A stretch of 64,000 nt of DNA from Paramecium tetraurelia (taxonomy: Eukaryota). Shown here piece after piece: positions 1 to 13,545 of this stretch. Below the pieces are notes generated by a model that did no database searches, was not told the origin of the DNA, and saw only the letters and a program-made list of their open reading frames with translations. Position 1 is the first letter of the stretch, and every line of letters starts with the position of its first letter. The stretch is taken from NCBI GenBank assembly GCA_000165425.1, contig CT867990.1, positions 124,001 to 188,000 on the forward strand, written 5' to 3'. The translations under genes and the position numbers were made by a program.

Positions 1-659
1 GAAAATTTAGATACTAATTAGGTAAGATTTGAGGTATAAACTGTTAATAGAAAAAAGAAATAATTATATTCCTAAATTGCCAAAGGAATTGCATGAATAT
101 ACTCATTTTACTGGAGATTAAAACGTTTTTGGAGATGAGACTGCAACCCATGTTAGATTGGTTGGAGATGTCCGAACAGTATTTTTGGAAAATAGTAAAT
201 TCTTTAAGCATTGCGGTAAATAGACAAGCTGATTCTTAGATCCAAATGAAAAGAATAATAAGCTGATTTAATACAATTCTTCACATACTGTATACTTATT
301 AGTAAAATAAAATGGAGTTTGGGGATTTCCAAACATCAATATTGAAGAAAAAGAAACTTTTTAAGAAACACAAACAAAATTATTCGAAAAAATGACACAA
401 AATTCTTGGCAAGTATTATTACCATCTCATTTAGGTATATTATTTCAACAGAGATCCAAGATTAGTGACCGTCAATCCTAATTCTGATGAAAATTCAAAA
501 ATTAAAGGAGTCAAAACAATCTATTTTTAAGCAAAGCATTTATAAGGGAAAGTCAAGATTTTCGGATATGATGATTGGGCCTGGGCTTCCAGGTTAGAAA
601 TGAATAAATACCTAACAGAAAATGCATATAATTAGGTTATTCATGCTTTAGATTTATGA
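1..659 (+). CDS. MRPL46: Mitochondrial ribosomal protein mL46-like (NUDIX-like fold), 5' end outside the window
   Basis: Table-6 translation across short introns (22-50, ~215-238, ~435-453) gives VYLLVKQNGVWGFP...KTIYFQAKHLQG...YDDWAWASRLEMNKYL, ending TGA at 657-659. This resembles the mL46 C-terminal pattern. Confidence 0.65.
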
Positions 660-737
660 GTTATATATTTTTAAGTATATTTAAGAAAATAGTATATTTT
701 CTATTTTGATGATAAAGTAATTAACAAACGATATTAA

Positions 738-1361
738 TCAAATTTTAAACTTAGGTTTCAGAGACTTCTTTTTTGGAAATATTTCTCTATTCTCCTTATC
801 ACAATTTGGTTCTTGTAAAGAATAACTAATATTTCTTAATGGTTATTTCGTTATCAATTCAATTGAATAATTGTGTCTTTTCTACAAAGGAGTATTAGTT
901 GAAAAGTCTTCATTAATATTATTTGAGATTTATTTCAGCTTCTTTTTCAAATCTTAATTCGTAGAACTTAATTTTTATATAGCAACTTAATGCTCTTGAT
1001 GAACCAATTTTAAAGCTTAAATTTCTTAACCATAACCATCCAAATTTTTTGCTAAAAACCTTTCGAATTAAAACAATTATTTATTTATGTTGCTGATCAT
1101 CTAATTATGATCTATTTTCAAATTTATTTCTCTAATTACCCAAGCACAAAGCTGTTTATACTCTATTAATACAAATTCTAAGATATTATTGTTGCTTGTG
1201 TGCGATTTTTTCGATAAACAATTTTATTAAGATCCCCCACTAAAATGAAGATAAATTAACTACTTGAAAGGTACTCTTAATGGAGTTATTGATTATTCTG
1301 ATTTACAGGAGGCTCTATAATTTTGAGAAATGTTTGAAATTGTACTCTTTAATGTCTTCAT
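738..1361 (-). CDS. Hypothetical protein
   Basis: ATG at 1361 (MKTLKEY...), apparently open under table 6 to TGA at ~738. No recognisable motif. Confidence 0.5.
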
Positions 1362-1484
1362 ATTATTCGTTAAAATAATAATCAAAATTATATATTATTA
1401 GACAATACTAATTATCAAATGTTTATTATAATTCAAGTCAAACGGCATAACATCATTTTTATTTATAGGCAGAATGAGAATTAA

Positions 1485-2140
1485 TCATTTTTGATCTTCT
1501 TTGAATTATTAATAATGAGGGGTAATAACGATAGAAATAAATTCTAAAGAACCTTACACTTTTAACACCAAGTGAAAAACTTTTCTTACCAATTTAATTG
1601 AAAATCAAAAACTACAACAATAACTACTTTAGAAATTGACTATCTAAATATAATAAAAGATAATTATTAATCTTAAATTGTAAAAATAAATTTTGCCATT
1701 TAAGTACAAACATCTTTGTCTTATATAAACTCTCATATGACATTATAATTATTGAGATTTTTTGCTCATAATTTTTCATCATTGAATACATCCCTTAAGC
1801 CATAAGAATTTGTGCTTTGATAGCAATAAAATCTTCGAAGCTTTCAAAATTGACTGTTTTCTTTATTTGTGTTTTTCTTTTCAATGCTGATTATTTAAAA
1901 AAACTTTTTCAATATTTTTTATTCCTTTCAATTTATATTCTGTTAGATGATTATTTTTTTTATTATAATCCTATACTTTAGAAAGGGATTTTTCCTTCAA
2001 TTTTCTTGAGTTTTTTGAAATTTATTTGCATGGTTTAATTAATTGGCAAAATCTTTTTCAAACTTTATGAATACTAATTTGGGTTATTAACACTACCTAT
2101 ACTCTAACCTTAAGTTGAATAATCATAATTCTTAGCATAA
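1485..2140 (-). CDS. Hypothetical protein (start uncertain)
   Basis: Long open frame (ESFEDFIAIKAQILMAQGMYSMMKNY...FKEDQK*) ending at 1485. The 5' part needs an intron I could not resolve. Confidence 0.35.
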
Positions 2141-3011
2141 TTTATCTCAAGTATGATTAAATTATTTTTGTACCTTTTAGTTAAATTTTATAAAAATATA
2201 TAAAAAAAGTATCGAAATTTTGATTAAGTAGAATATTAAAAAAATAAATTACCAGAGTCAATTCTAATAATTTTTCAATCAAAGTTGGATGATCAACATG
2301 GTGATCAGCTCAGTCAGCAACTCTTATTAGAGATAACAATAAGTTAATCAAAAAGTAGCAATAGCTTAAACAAATCTTTAGCACTTTAGACCCTAAAATC
2401 ACTCAACTATAACAAAAGAGCACTTAATCATTAAGCTTAAATCGTTTTTAATACTAAATTAAACTTTAAAATTTATAATTGAAGACCAAAGGAAATGTTT
2501 AAATTATCCAAGGCTCTGACTCTTTTTAACAAAAATTTTATTGAAGATGTAATTTTGGCTAATTTATGACAAAAGTAATGACTTGGCATTTTTAAAGGAA
2601 AAGTAAAGGAACTTTTAGATTGTAATTTATAGAAAGTTCATCAAAAACAATTTTGGAAAATGCCAAAAAATCTATTGGTCAATAAATAATATCAAAAGGT
2701 TAGTAATCATATGATAGAGAAATTCAAAATTTGATTTAATTATATGATATAATTAAAATTTATTTATTAAATGAAACCAATAATAATTCTTGTTCTTAGT
2801 CTACTTCTGTGTTAGGTATTAAATGATTTGCCTCAAATTGAAACTACTCTAAGATTGATACTGTAAATGATATAAGGAAAGGACATGATCTGTCTCCAGT
2901 ATTCATTTATTTCCAAATGCTGATTCCAATTTAGGCTTATATTGACTTTTCAACTAAGACATATCTTATACTTTAAAAATTTAAATTAATCTTATAATGT
3001 TTATTATAAAT

Positions 3012-6000
3012 TCAAGCTAATGACAAGAAATTTATTTCTTCTCCAACATTATTTATTTAATCTACTGAACTCTTAGATTGTAAAGTTGTCTAACCTTATA
3101 TTTGATTAAAATCATTTTTCAAATACAGGTTAATCACAAGTTCATTTGGATAATTAGTGGTTTTACTTAAAACGATTTAAGGATCACTTCTCATTTAATA
3201 TTTTTCTACAAGATATTCATCATATCTAGCATCATAGTTAATATTAACAGACAAGTATGGCTAAATTTAAGAAATAAAATTACATAATTAGACCCAGCAT
3301 TTTTGTTGAATATCATAAAAAAGTCTTCACTGGTGATTAGTTTATGATAATCAGCTGAAATAGAATGTGTAAATGGTGTAATTTTGGCAGATGATGGTCG
3401 ACCACTTGTTAGAGGATAAATTCCAATGACTACTTTGTATCCATCAGTGTAAGGGATTGCCACGTTACCATCTATGTAAGAAGCTTTGTTTAGAGAAGGC
3501 CAATTTCCATAAGGGGTTAAAACATATAATAAAGATGTGCTTGATTTTTTAATAGGAAGCCCGAAGGATGGTTTTGAAGCATCTAAGTCAAAAGCAAATA
3601 CATATTGAGCTTAATTATTAGTGGTAATTAACACATTCAGTTATAAAATGTTTCCATTTAATTAAGATGAAATAACCTTCACCTATTAAAACTTGGTGTC
3701 TTAATTGATAAAGAATTAATCATCAGAGAAATTGATTAGCTTAAATAATTCATAGGAAGTTTTAAATAATTATCCTTAATCATTATATGTAAAATGAGCA
3801 AAATAGATGCCATTGTTGGTATCAGTAAACAGGAGAGTAGAATATACATAATTATTAATTTGGTATTTGATAAGGTCAAAATCACCAATGAATAATTAAT
3901 TTGTTGCAACAAATTAGTAATTAATAACATACTTATGGGAAATGGTGAATTGAGTGCCATCATCATCCAAGTTAGCCACAACTATAAAATTTTGTTAAAC
4001 AGAAAAATTGTCAGGACTATTTAAAATGATGATATTTTTTGAATCAGGCATGTAAGTTTTGGAGATCTTTTGCAACCCTTTGAAAGTTTAGATACCTTGT
4101 CTAAATTGAGAACAAGCATCTTAGTACTTGCATTTATGAATAAATAAACCTGCCTCATTGTTAGCATTTTAAAAAGCTGACAAGATGAAATTGTAATCTG
4201 CTGAGATTGAAATAGAATTGCACCTTTCAGTTTTCAAGTCCATTAATATTTTAAGCTTGAATTATCCATTTATATCTTCAAACATCAAAGCGTTTCTTGT
4301 TTAATATACTTATCCAGCTAATCCAAATGATGCGCCATCCATAACTTGACCGTAGGATTAACCATCTACAACCTTGTAAATATTTGATATTATATGGAAT
4401 GATCCTGTGCATTGAGAGCATTTTATATCAAAATTTGTAACCTAACCTGAATACCAATCATTTCCCATATTTATAAATTAAATTCCAGATTATTTTACAA
4501 ACTGGTATATCTTCTTTTTGCTATCAAATAAGGATTATGAAATGAATAATTAACTTTAGGTGTTGAGTATAGTCATTAAAGATTATTGATATAATGGAGT
4601 AACCCCAGAAAATCCAGCGATCTATATTGCTACAATTTAATTATTAACGTAATCCGCTTGATCTGCTTTTGGAGTGAAGTAAAGGAAAGGTTTTGAGAAA
4701 ATGCTGACAAATTGATGTTGAGAAAGATTTTTGTAATACAAAAACATTTAATCTCCACCATCAACGGCAAAATCAAAATTCAATCCATCCTTTACAAGTC
4801 GTTTTGTTTCTATAACTTTGTTTAAAGAACTGTGAACTAAGACATTTGGCTCATATACTAATATAACTGTTTATAACCCATCAGTTGCTCTTAAATATAG
4901 CCATCCGTTCTTCAATGAATAATCTACGGTTAAAGGTTTTTAGAGTTTATAATTGAACAATGGAAGGTCTTTTAGTTTAAATATGTTTTGAAGATGTTAG
5001 TAATTATATTCTTCGATTCGATCTACACCTTTCAAAGTTTGTACAACGAAAAAGGTGTCAACTCCAATAGCTACTCCTAATTCCGATCCAGCTGAAATAG
5101 AAATATCTTTGTATATCTCAAAGGAAGGAGAATTCTTGTTTGAGAAAGCTCCAACCAACAAAGAAGTTTAGGTTTGTATAAATGCCAAATTATTACTTTT
5201 ATGCCCAAAAACTTTAATTGGAGTAAAAGATCCATTAATCTCAAACCTTTGTATCTTATCCTAATCAATTATAAGTAATTATTAGTACGGACCTTATAAT
5301 TAATAAATTGAAATTTTCTTTAATCCAGATTAGACGATATAAATGTAATCATTGATTATTGCTACTGATGATATCTTATTTAAAAAACTTCTATCATCAT
5401 ACATAAGTCTAAAAACATTTGACACTTTCCCATCCATAACAGAATAAATGTTGACTATAAATTGTGAGTTTTGATGAATAATTATTAATTGGTTATAATT
5501 AGTGAACCATGAAAAGTGACCCACATTTTGATCTATGATAGAAGGAAGTCCAAATGTGTTATAATTTTAGCATTCCGTGATTTCTAAGTTTGGATATATT
5601 TGCTGGCAAGTATAAATATAGACTATTTTGGTCTATACTTAAAACAACAAATAAAATTGGGATGGATTTTCATTGACTAAAATATCTTAGTAAATAACAT
5701 CTGAGGGATCTGGCATATGAATATTTCCAATTGATAATTTCATTACTTATTAAATTGTGTAAGAAATCTTGTCTTATAATTCATTTTCTACTTAATCTAC
5801 TGATGTAAACTGTAGATTAGGTCCTGAAGCAATTTATTCTAAAGGCAATGGATTAGATGGAATTGTGATAATAGGATTAATTGGATTATTATTAAAGTTA
5901 AGAATTTATGGATCATTCTATTTTAGAACTTTTAAATTAATAGTCAATGAACATTATTTTGATGGTTATTCTATAGTTTCAGCTTTTAGTGTAACAATTT

Positions 6001-7439
6001 TATTATTAGAAGTAGCTTTATCCTGTCTATTCAATTTTAATAAACCATCATTGAGGAAAAATCGTTTTGCAGTTAAAGAATTAATTCCAATAACGTCTTC
6101 GTAATTGGGATTAGCCAATATTTTATCGAAATCTTCCTCCTGTGAAATGACCTTTTTTCCATTTTCTACTTTGTAAATATATATTGTTTTTCTTATTTTA
6201 AGAATAATATAATGTTGAGTCAATTTGATTTAAAATGTATTATACCATTCTATAACAGGTATTTATATTCCAAATTTTATTAATCCATTTTCTAACAATA
6301 ATAGCTTATTTGTATAAACGAGAACCATCCTCTAGGTAACAGTCCCATCCTTATTAATGAAGTTATGAATATTAAACCCAAAACAAGTACTCACAAATAC
6401 ACTGGTAATCACATTCTCTAATTACCACTCTTAGTTTTTTTCCTTAAAATTTAGTACATATACACCATTAAATGCATCTAAAACATTTATTCTACCATTA
6501 GCTTCTATTTATAAATCGACCAATTAAAATGTAAATTTACCCTCATCGACCCCTAATAATTTTGCTAAAACTGTTTTTGTTAAAACTGTAACAGGAGTTG
6601 GCTATAAAAGTGTAAATTTGCTTGTAAATGAAAATACATTTATTTTGCTATCTTACTCTAAAATCTATTTCTATTATGCCCTTTAAGTTCCCCAAGCGGG
6701 CTCACTTCTAAATAATAAGCGTGCTTCATTTTAATTTTCAAATGTAGACTTATGGAATTATAGTATTCTATATTATGTATCATTGTAATCTTATGTATCT
6801 TCAAGTAATTCAATCCCAAAATAACTCTATTCTTTAACATCTATTATAAAGAAACCACTTATAGGAGCTTCTGTTATATCAGAATACGGCAAAGTGCAAT
6901 CAATAACAATTTTTGTTTCTGATATGAAATCCAAATCAAAGCATCTAAAATTATCTGTAATTTCTCTCACTCTGATGGATTCATTAAAAATTGGAACGTT
7001 TACTTGATTTAAAATACCACTAAAAATATTGCTTATATTACTCTTAGGAATATAAAACTTGATAATATGTTTAGTTCTGACCTAAAGCTGCGAAAGCATT
7101 AGCCCAACCTCCATTGTCGTTTTAATGTAAAGGTTTAAAAGAAAGAATCTTCACCTCTAATCAATTTAAAATAATTTCATACCATAAGCATTTTTTGATG
7201 AGCCAAGTTGATGTAAAGGATTTAAAACTTCAAAAAAATTGCTTTCTTGAGTGATGTTGAACTTTAAACTTTCTCCCGTAAAAAATAAGGTGTTCATGTC
7301 CCATTCCTAAGTCTCATTCTCTGACGCAAATATATCGTAGTATTAGACGTTGGAAACTATTAATTAGATTTCATTATATACCACACGATAAAGCAGATGC
7401 GTATAAAATTATACAGAATATAGTTAAGCCAATTTTCAT
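3012..7439 (-). CDS. Large (~1450 aa) secreted/surface protein with three long modules
   Basis: Signal peptide MKIGLTIFCIILYASALSC, then a 25-nt intron and a long beta-rich-looking ORF with a few tiny introns, ending EEINFLSLA* at 3012. Confidence 0.75.
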
Positions 7440-7949
7440 AAATAAAAAAATAATAAAATATCTTCTTGATCGAGTAGTTTAATAATAAATTCCCGATCAA
7501 TTTCTATGTATATTCTAAAATCCAATTTTATGTTGAATGAATTAAATTTATTCTTTATTAAAAATATCGGTTGCATACTCTATTTCATCAAAGGAGAACA
7601 AGCATTCTTATTGCTAATCATTAATAAATAATAAATGTAGGAAATATATAATTTAGTTTATCAACTTCATTTTATTTATTTTAAGGAAACAAACAATTAA
7701 TTTTAGATTTACTTAAAATTGTTAAATATGTATAAAAGTACGAGAATAAACTATAAGAATTTGTAGTATCAAACTTGATTATTTGTATAGACTCTTTTTA
7801 AGTATCTTTGGTAAAATAATTAAACACTTTGGGATTTAATATATTTATTAAAAGTACAAAATAAATTATAGAGAATCAAATAATACTCAATTCATTTTTG
7901 TAAGTTGAATAATAAAATAATCAAAATAATCAAAAATATATATAGTTAT

Positions 7950-9624
7950 TCATACTTTATCAATAATTAGATATTGTTTTTCCTTCCCATTTTTAAGGAT
8001 TAATTTTTATTAAAACTTTCCTTGTTTAGGTTAAAATGATGGTATTTCAGGCAAAGGAGAGTATCTAGAATTTTAAGATTGTCTAGCCTATTTAAGCAAT
8101 AATGACTAATTAATAAATTCTTATTTAATATTAGTACTACCATATTTTTATTCAGGTTTTAAATTTAACAATTTTTCAATAGGGTTTTAGTCATTCGGTA
8201 ATTTTTACATCTTTTCTGATTTCTTAATTAGTTTAGTTTTATCGAATGATTTATTTTTATGTAATTCTCTTTCAATTAAATAATTTATCCTTATTTATAA
8301 TTTTTTCTTTTCTTTATGTTTTTCATCAGAATTCTCTAAGGTGAAAGAACTACAGTTTATAGTCTGATCATTTTGTTTGAGACTTGTTCTTAATTTGTAG
8401 GATTATTGCAGATTAGATACTAAATCATCTGGCAATAAAATGCTATTTTCTAATAAAAAGGATCTAGGCTTGGATCTGATCTAATGTTCATATGGAATTG
8501 GTTCTAAAGTTTCATAATGCATAGGCTTAGTTGATCTTTAAGTTGATGAGCTTTGATTTTCATATAATTATACTTAGATGGAATGAATTCTGTTTCTATA
8601 ATAATTTCTTTTTGATATGATGTCTAATAACAATTTATATTCCCTTAAATTAAAAACCTAATTGAATTTGGCAAAGAAAATCTTAAGCGGAAATTTGATT
8701 ATTTTACAATATTTGGTTGAACACTGAACTTAAAAAACCCTAGCATTTTGCTTTTAAATATATTCTTCAAAACCAAAAATATCATTTTCTGATATTTCTG
8801 CAATAGGTTTGACTTAGGGTTTTTCTTTTGTTGATTCTGACAATAAAATAGATGGAATTTATTCAAAATGCCTCCTTTATATAGATCCAACTTTTTTGCC
8901 AATTAACAATTTTCCTTCAAGAATAATGTACAAGAATTCAAGGGAATCGTTAATTGTATAAATTTTTTAACCTTATTCATATAATTCTGTTTAAGCCACA
9001 GAAGATAATTCTTCAATGTCGTATAGTTATAATACATTTAATAATGGATGATTAATTTTTATCGTTTTTTTAAGATTAGCTTAACGTGAGAATTTATGAA
9101 GAGATGCTCTAAAGATGAAGGCATTTATAATAATGAAGGTTGAATTCTTTTTTGTAATGTATTCTGATTTGTTAGGTGTAAGTTTTGTAAGGATTTCTTC
9201 GAAGAGAGCATCAGCAACATTTGAAACATTGCATTGAGCTTCATTAACTTGCATTACTTACCCTTCTATAATGAAATAAAAAGCATTAGGTTCCTCATCT
9301 ATTTTATTTTCTTTAGTTACTTTTTTTAACGATGATCATCTCATTAGGAACGCTAATCAACTATGCAAATTATGACAGTCTGAATAAGCATTCTTATCCG
9401 TGAAAATTTTTAATTTTTCTAAAGTAAGTGAATCCCATTAAATATTCAATGATAAAAATGATCTCCTCATAAGTTCTATCGTCAGATGGTTTATTGAGTA
9501 TAGTCTTTAAATTTAAGTTTAATGTTTAGGATTAAGCCTAAGCTTTATATTTAAATATTTGGTTTTCATCAAGTTCCCATAAAGGCAAATCTAAATCATT
9601 AAATAATGATTTACTAGGTTTCAT
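7950..9624 (-). CDS. Cyclic-nucleotide-binding (CNB) domain protein
   Basis: ILNKPSDDRTYEEII...IIVKKNEEPNAFYFIIEGQV (across a 22-nt intron) and a second INDSLEFLYIILEG match CNB N-terminal strands. Ends KQYLIIDKV*. Confidence 0.7.
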
Positions 9625-10187
9625 TATATTAATTAAATTTATCAAATGAAATCACATGACAAAATTAATAGAAACAAAAACCTTTAAGAAATTTATGGAA
9701 AATTAGGATAGAAAACAAAGAGAGTGTAAATTAGAGAAATCAGTTAATATAACTCAATTGTAATTTAATCACTAATAATTAGGCTATAAAAATCAAAAAG
9801 AAAGAAAATTAAGTAGTATTTCCTGACATATTACTAGTAGAAAAGAGAGTAGTTAAGTTAACTATTAAGCAATCAAAACAATCAGGGAAAGAGAATACGT
9901 AAATGTACAAAATTTGATAGAATAAAACACTATGGTTTTGTCTCAATCACTTCTACTTTCAATTTATTAGCAAAGTTAGAATAACATAGAAGTTTTGATA
10001 GTTGAGTTCAAATTTAAAGATAACTATCCTTAGATATAATATCAAAGATTAAATGCAAGTAACTAAAAGATCAATAGAACTTTAAATCTATGCTAATCTC
10101 TTAGATTTTACTATTGAATAATAGAAAGTTGTCTAAAATACATAATCAAAATGTTTAAATGGATTTATATTGAAAAATTATATATCA

Positions 10188-11083
10188 ATGATAAATAATA
10201 GCAAAGTTAATAGTTTAGTATTCATAAAGCAAAGAAAGCCTCAATGTTCTTCTCTCAAAAAGCGTTATAAAGAGAGAGTAAATCTTAAGAAATACTCCTT
10301 AGGAAAGAGCTTGGAATGATAGGATAATTATATCTGAATAAATCTTGCATCTTAGGACAAAAGAGAGTTTCAATAGGAAGAGACTGCCAAAATTATAAAA
10401 TACCACAGCATCAATAGTAGAAAAATATATCAACATTCATAAACATCAGCAAGAGTACGTTGAACTTGTTGAGTGCGAACAAAGAATATTTGAAACCAAA
10501 TTAGAATAGTTAAAACAACTTTATAAAGTGTATTGTATACCTCAAGTCCATTAAGTATAATATTTATGTCTATTTTCTTAAGAATCTATTCAATGCATTA
10601 TTAGAAGCATCCTCGAATAAAAGAGCTGTTGTAGAAGAGGAGCTAAATCTAATGAATCAGAAATTAGCCCCAATACAGCATTGTATGTTTGTGATTGCAG
10701 CCAGAGAGAACTGTTTTAAATAAGTCTTAACTTTGGTAAAACAGAATTAAAATCAAATTGACTAAATATCAGAAAAATTAAAAGACCTTAGGATGCTTAA
10801 TATAACTACTTTAGAAAGCATTGTTAAATGGCAATAATATTTCCAAAATAAAAATTTAAGGTAAGTATTCCAATTAGATGAAAATCCTCCTTATCATGAG
10901 AGATTTTAGAATGATTATTTAGAATTGAAACCTTAACTTACCAATTTGTTCAAAGTTTCAGATCAGGCAGATCCTTTCTTTGTTTAATTGTTAGGCAAAG
11001 GATAGTAAAGATTGTATATCAGAATAAGAAGAGCAGAAGCTGAATTAATGAATTTGAATTATAATAATATTTATATTAAATGA
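10188..11083 (+). CDS. Hypothetical protein (start uncertain)
   Basis: Frame reads ...LYKVYCIPQVHQ, intron, NLFNALL...DPFFVQLLGKGQQRLYIRIRRAEAELM...IK*, with TGA at 11081-11083. Confidence 0.55.
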
Positions 11084-12620
11084 ATTAATTACCAATTAAA
11101 CAAGAATATCCCCAATAAAGGCTACTTGGAAAAGGATCATATGGGTAGGTGCGTTTAGTGAGAAGAAGATTGTAAAGGTTAATTATATCTTAAGATTTTA
11201 GCTCTCTTAAGGCCGAAAAGGTAATAAAATTAGATGGGAAAAATGAAAATCAAATCCAAAAGAAGTTAATATTCTTAAATCTCTAATCTCATACAAATAT
11301 AATATAATTTAGAGAAGCTTACAAAACTTAAAAAGGAAATGTGCATATTGTAATGGAATATGCAGGCGGTAGTGTTTATATCAATTCTAGATGGTGATTT
11401 AGAAAAAAAAATCAAAGATGCTAAAGGCAAATATTTCCATGAAAGTAAAATATTACATTGGTTTTATTAAATATGTTCGGCAATTAACCATATACATAAT
11501 AAAAATATAATTCATAGAGATATTAAAGCAGAAAACATTTTCTTAACAAAAAAGGTGATATTAAAGTAGGAGATTTCGGAATATCAAGAATTTTGGAAGA
11601 ACCATTTGAAAAAGTGCAATCTTAGATTGGGACAACTATAATTTAAAGTCCTCAAATTATTAACAAGGAACCTTATACAACTATGACTGACATTTGGTCT
11701 TTAGGAGTTTTACTGTATCGATTATGTGCTTTAAAGTACCCATTTGAAGGAGATTAATAATATTAAGTTTTATAATCAATTGCTAAATGTAGTTATCAAC
11801 CAATTCCTAACAAATATTCTGATAGTATGAAATAACTTATAGAAAGTATGTTGTAAATAGATGAAACAAAGAGACTTACTGCATAATAAATATTAGGTAA
11901 AGATCATGTTTACTTCTAGATTAAATTAAAAATCTACCTAATTAAAATTTAGGTTTTCCATCGATAAAACCTAAAATCTCACATGCTCCTCAACTAAGAC
12001 TAATACCGCCTCTTCAATCAAATTAATAAGTTATAAAAAATTCCAACAATAATAATTGCAATTAAAATAAATTACAATAACAATAAAAATAATAGCTAAT
12101 TTAACAATAAGTATAAAATCCTTTTAGGAAAAAGAATTAAAAAATATAATTAGCACCTCTCCCACCATAAGGAGGAGCTTATTTAACTTCTTAGTAGAAA
12201 AAGGACGTAATGCAAATTCCACAAACAAACGACAAAGAAATTTAGTAAAAGATTTCTTCATATAAAGATTAAGCTACTTAACATACGAGAAAAATAAGAA
12301 AAATATAAAATAAAATTTAGAGAAATCCAAAAGTTATAACAGGGCCACCATAAGCTTAATAGCCTCCAATAAGAACTTAAAATTAATTGTCTCGGAGGCT
12401 TCTTTTACAAGTTAAGAAAGGATAGGACATCTTTAAAAAATAATACAAAGGCATTGATGATTCAGAAATGTAATATCAGTATCATTTTGAATTATCACTT
12501 CAAAACCAGATATTGTAGAAAAAATAGTAGGAAGAAACTTTCTAAATTTAAGAGAAAATCAAAAAAATTTTACTCAAAAAATAAGAATAAAGCACAAATA
12601 GACGCCTTATTGAAAATTGA
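11080..12620 (+). pseudogene. NEK/NIMA-family Ser/Thr kinase containing frameshifts (pseudogene or assembly errors)
   Basis: [38 protein letters not shown] and DIWSLG are present, followed by a Q/N-rich tail. HRD and DFG are in different frames (1 nt missing at A-run 11548-11553). Family is clear; pseudogene status is not. Confidence 0.6.
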
Positions 12621-12765
12621 AATTATAATACGATAATGGCATTTAATACAATTGTAATTTTATTATCTATTATAATTTCTTGGATTTTCATATAATATTT
12701 TTTATCATCACATCATTATCTTTGATTTGAAGATAGGATTTATAGAAATAAATTTATATAAAACT

Positions 12766-13212
12766 ATGCAAAACAATAGTTTAGAGTAATCATTCGCTAA
12801 TTACGTTAATAAGTTAAATAGCTATTCTGTTCTAAAAATTAATTAGGATTCACAATACAAATTTCGAACATCAAATTTACCAAAATTAATAGTTCCATCT
12901 CCTTTTGAATCAAGTGAAATGCTGAATTATTTAGAAAGGGCTAAGTTCCCTAAAAAATCTGATCTTAATAAAAGTGCATATATTGACTTGAAATAAGAAG
13001 ACACTAGAAGTTTTAATTAATTACCAAATGATCTATACTAATAATTGGAGCCAAAAACTGTTAAACTATACAGAAGTGTACAAAGGTTGAATTTTAGAAA
13101 ATTTTAATTAAAAATACCAAAAAGTTAACAGCAGTTGATGAGAAGCAGACAAAAATAATTTGATTAGCTATTGATTAGGCAATAAAGAACAATAAAAACT
13201 GAATTTGAATGA
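12766..13212 (+). CDS. Hypothetical protein (148 aa)
   Basis: Intronless table-6 ORF MQNNSLEQSF...IKTEFE*. Confidence 0.6.
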
Positions 13213-13545
13213 GAATTCAATATAGTAATGAATTATAAATAATGTCTATGAATGTATTATCACATGAATTTATATAACAAAACTGAGGTTATAATTTATA
13301 AATACAATATTATTAATGAAGATTAATTTAATATTTAGGAATATAAATCAATTTAGGGTACTAGGAGAGATAGGAAATCAATAAAATATTAGTTTATATT
13401 ATATAATTGATGTGTGATCAGAGAATTTTTATTTTTTATAGCTAATAGAACTAATTAGAGACTTGCAATTATATTCTCATGATAATCAATTCATTATATT
13501 CTTATCATAGTCAATTTTTTTAATTAAAATATTTAAAACACCAGT

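Noticed and set aside
2290..2960. Possible small genes on either strand
   Set aside because: The frames I tried are interrupted by TGA, with no convincing introns or motifs.
9624..9646. Divergent ATGs only 21 nt apart
   Set aside because: I could not connect the plus-strand ATGs at 9646/9656 to the downstream gene, so the start is unsupported.
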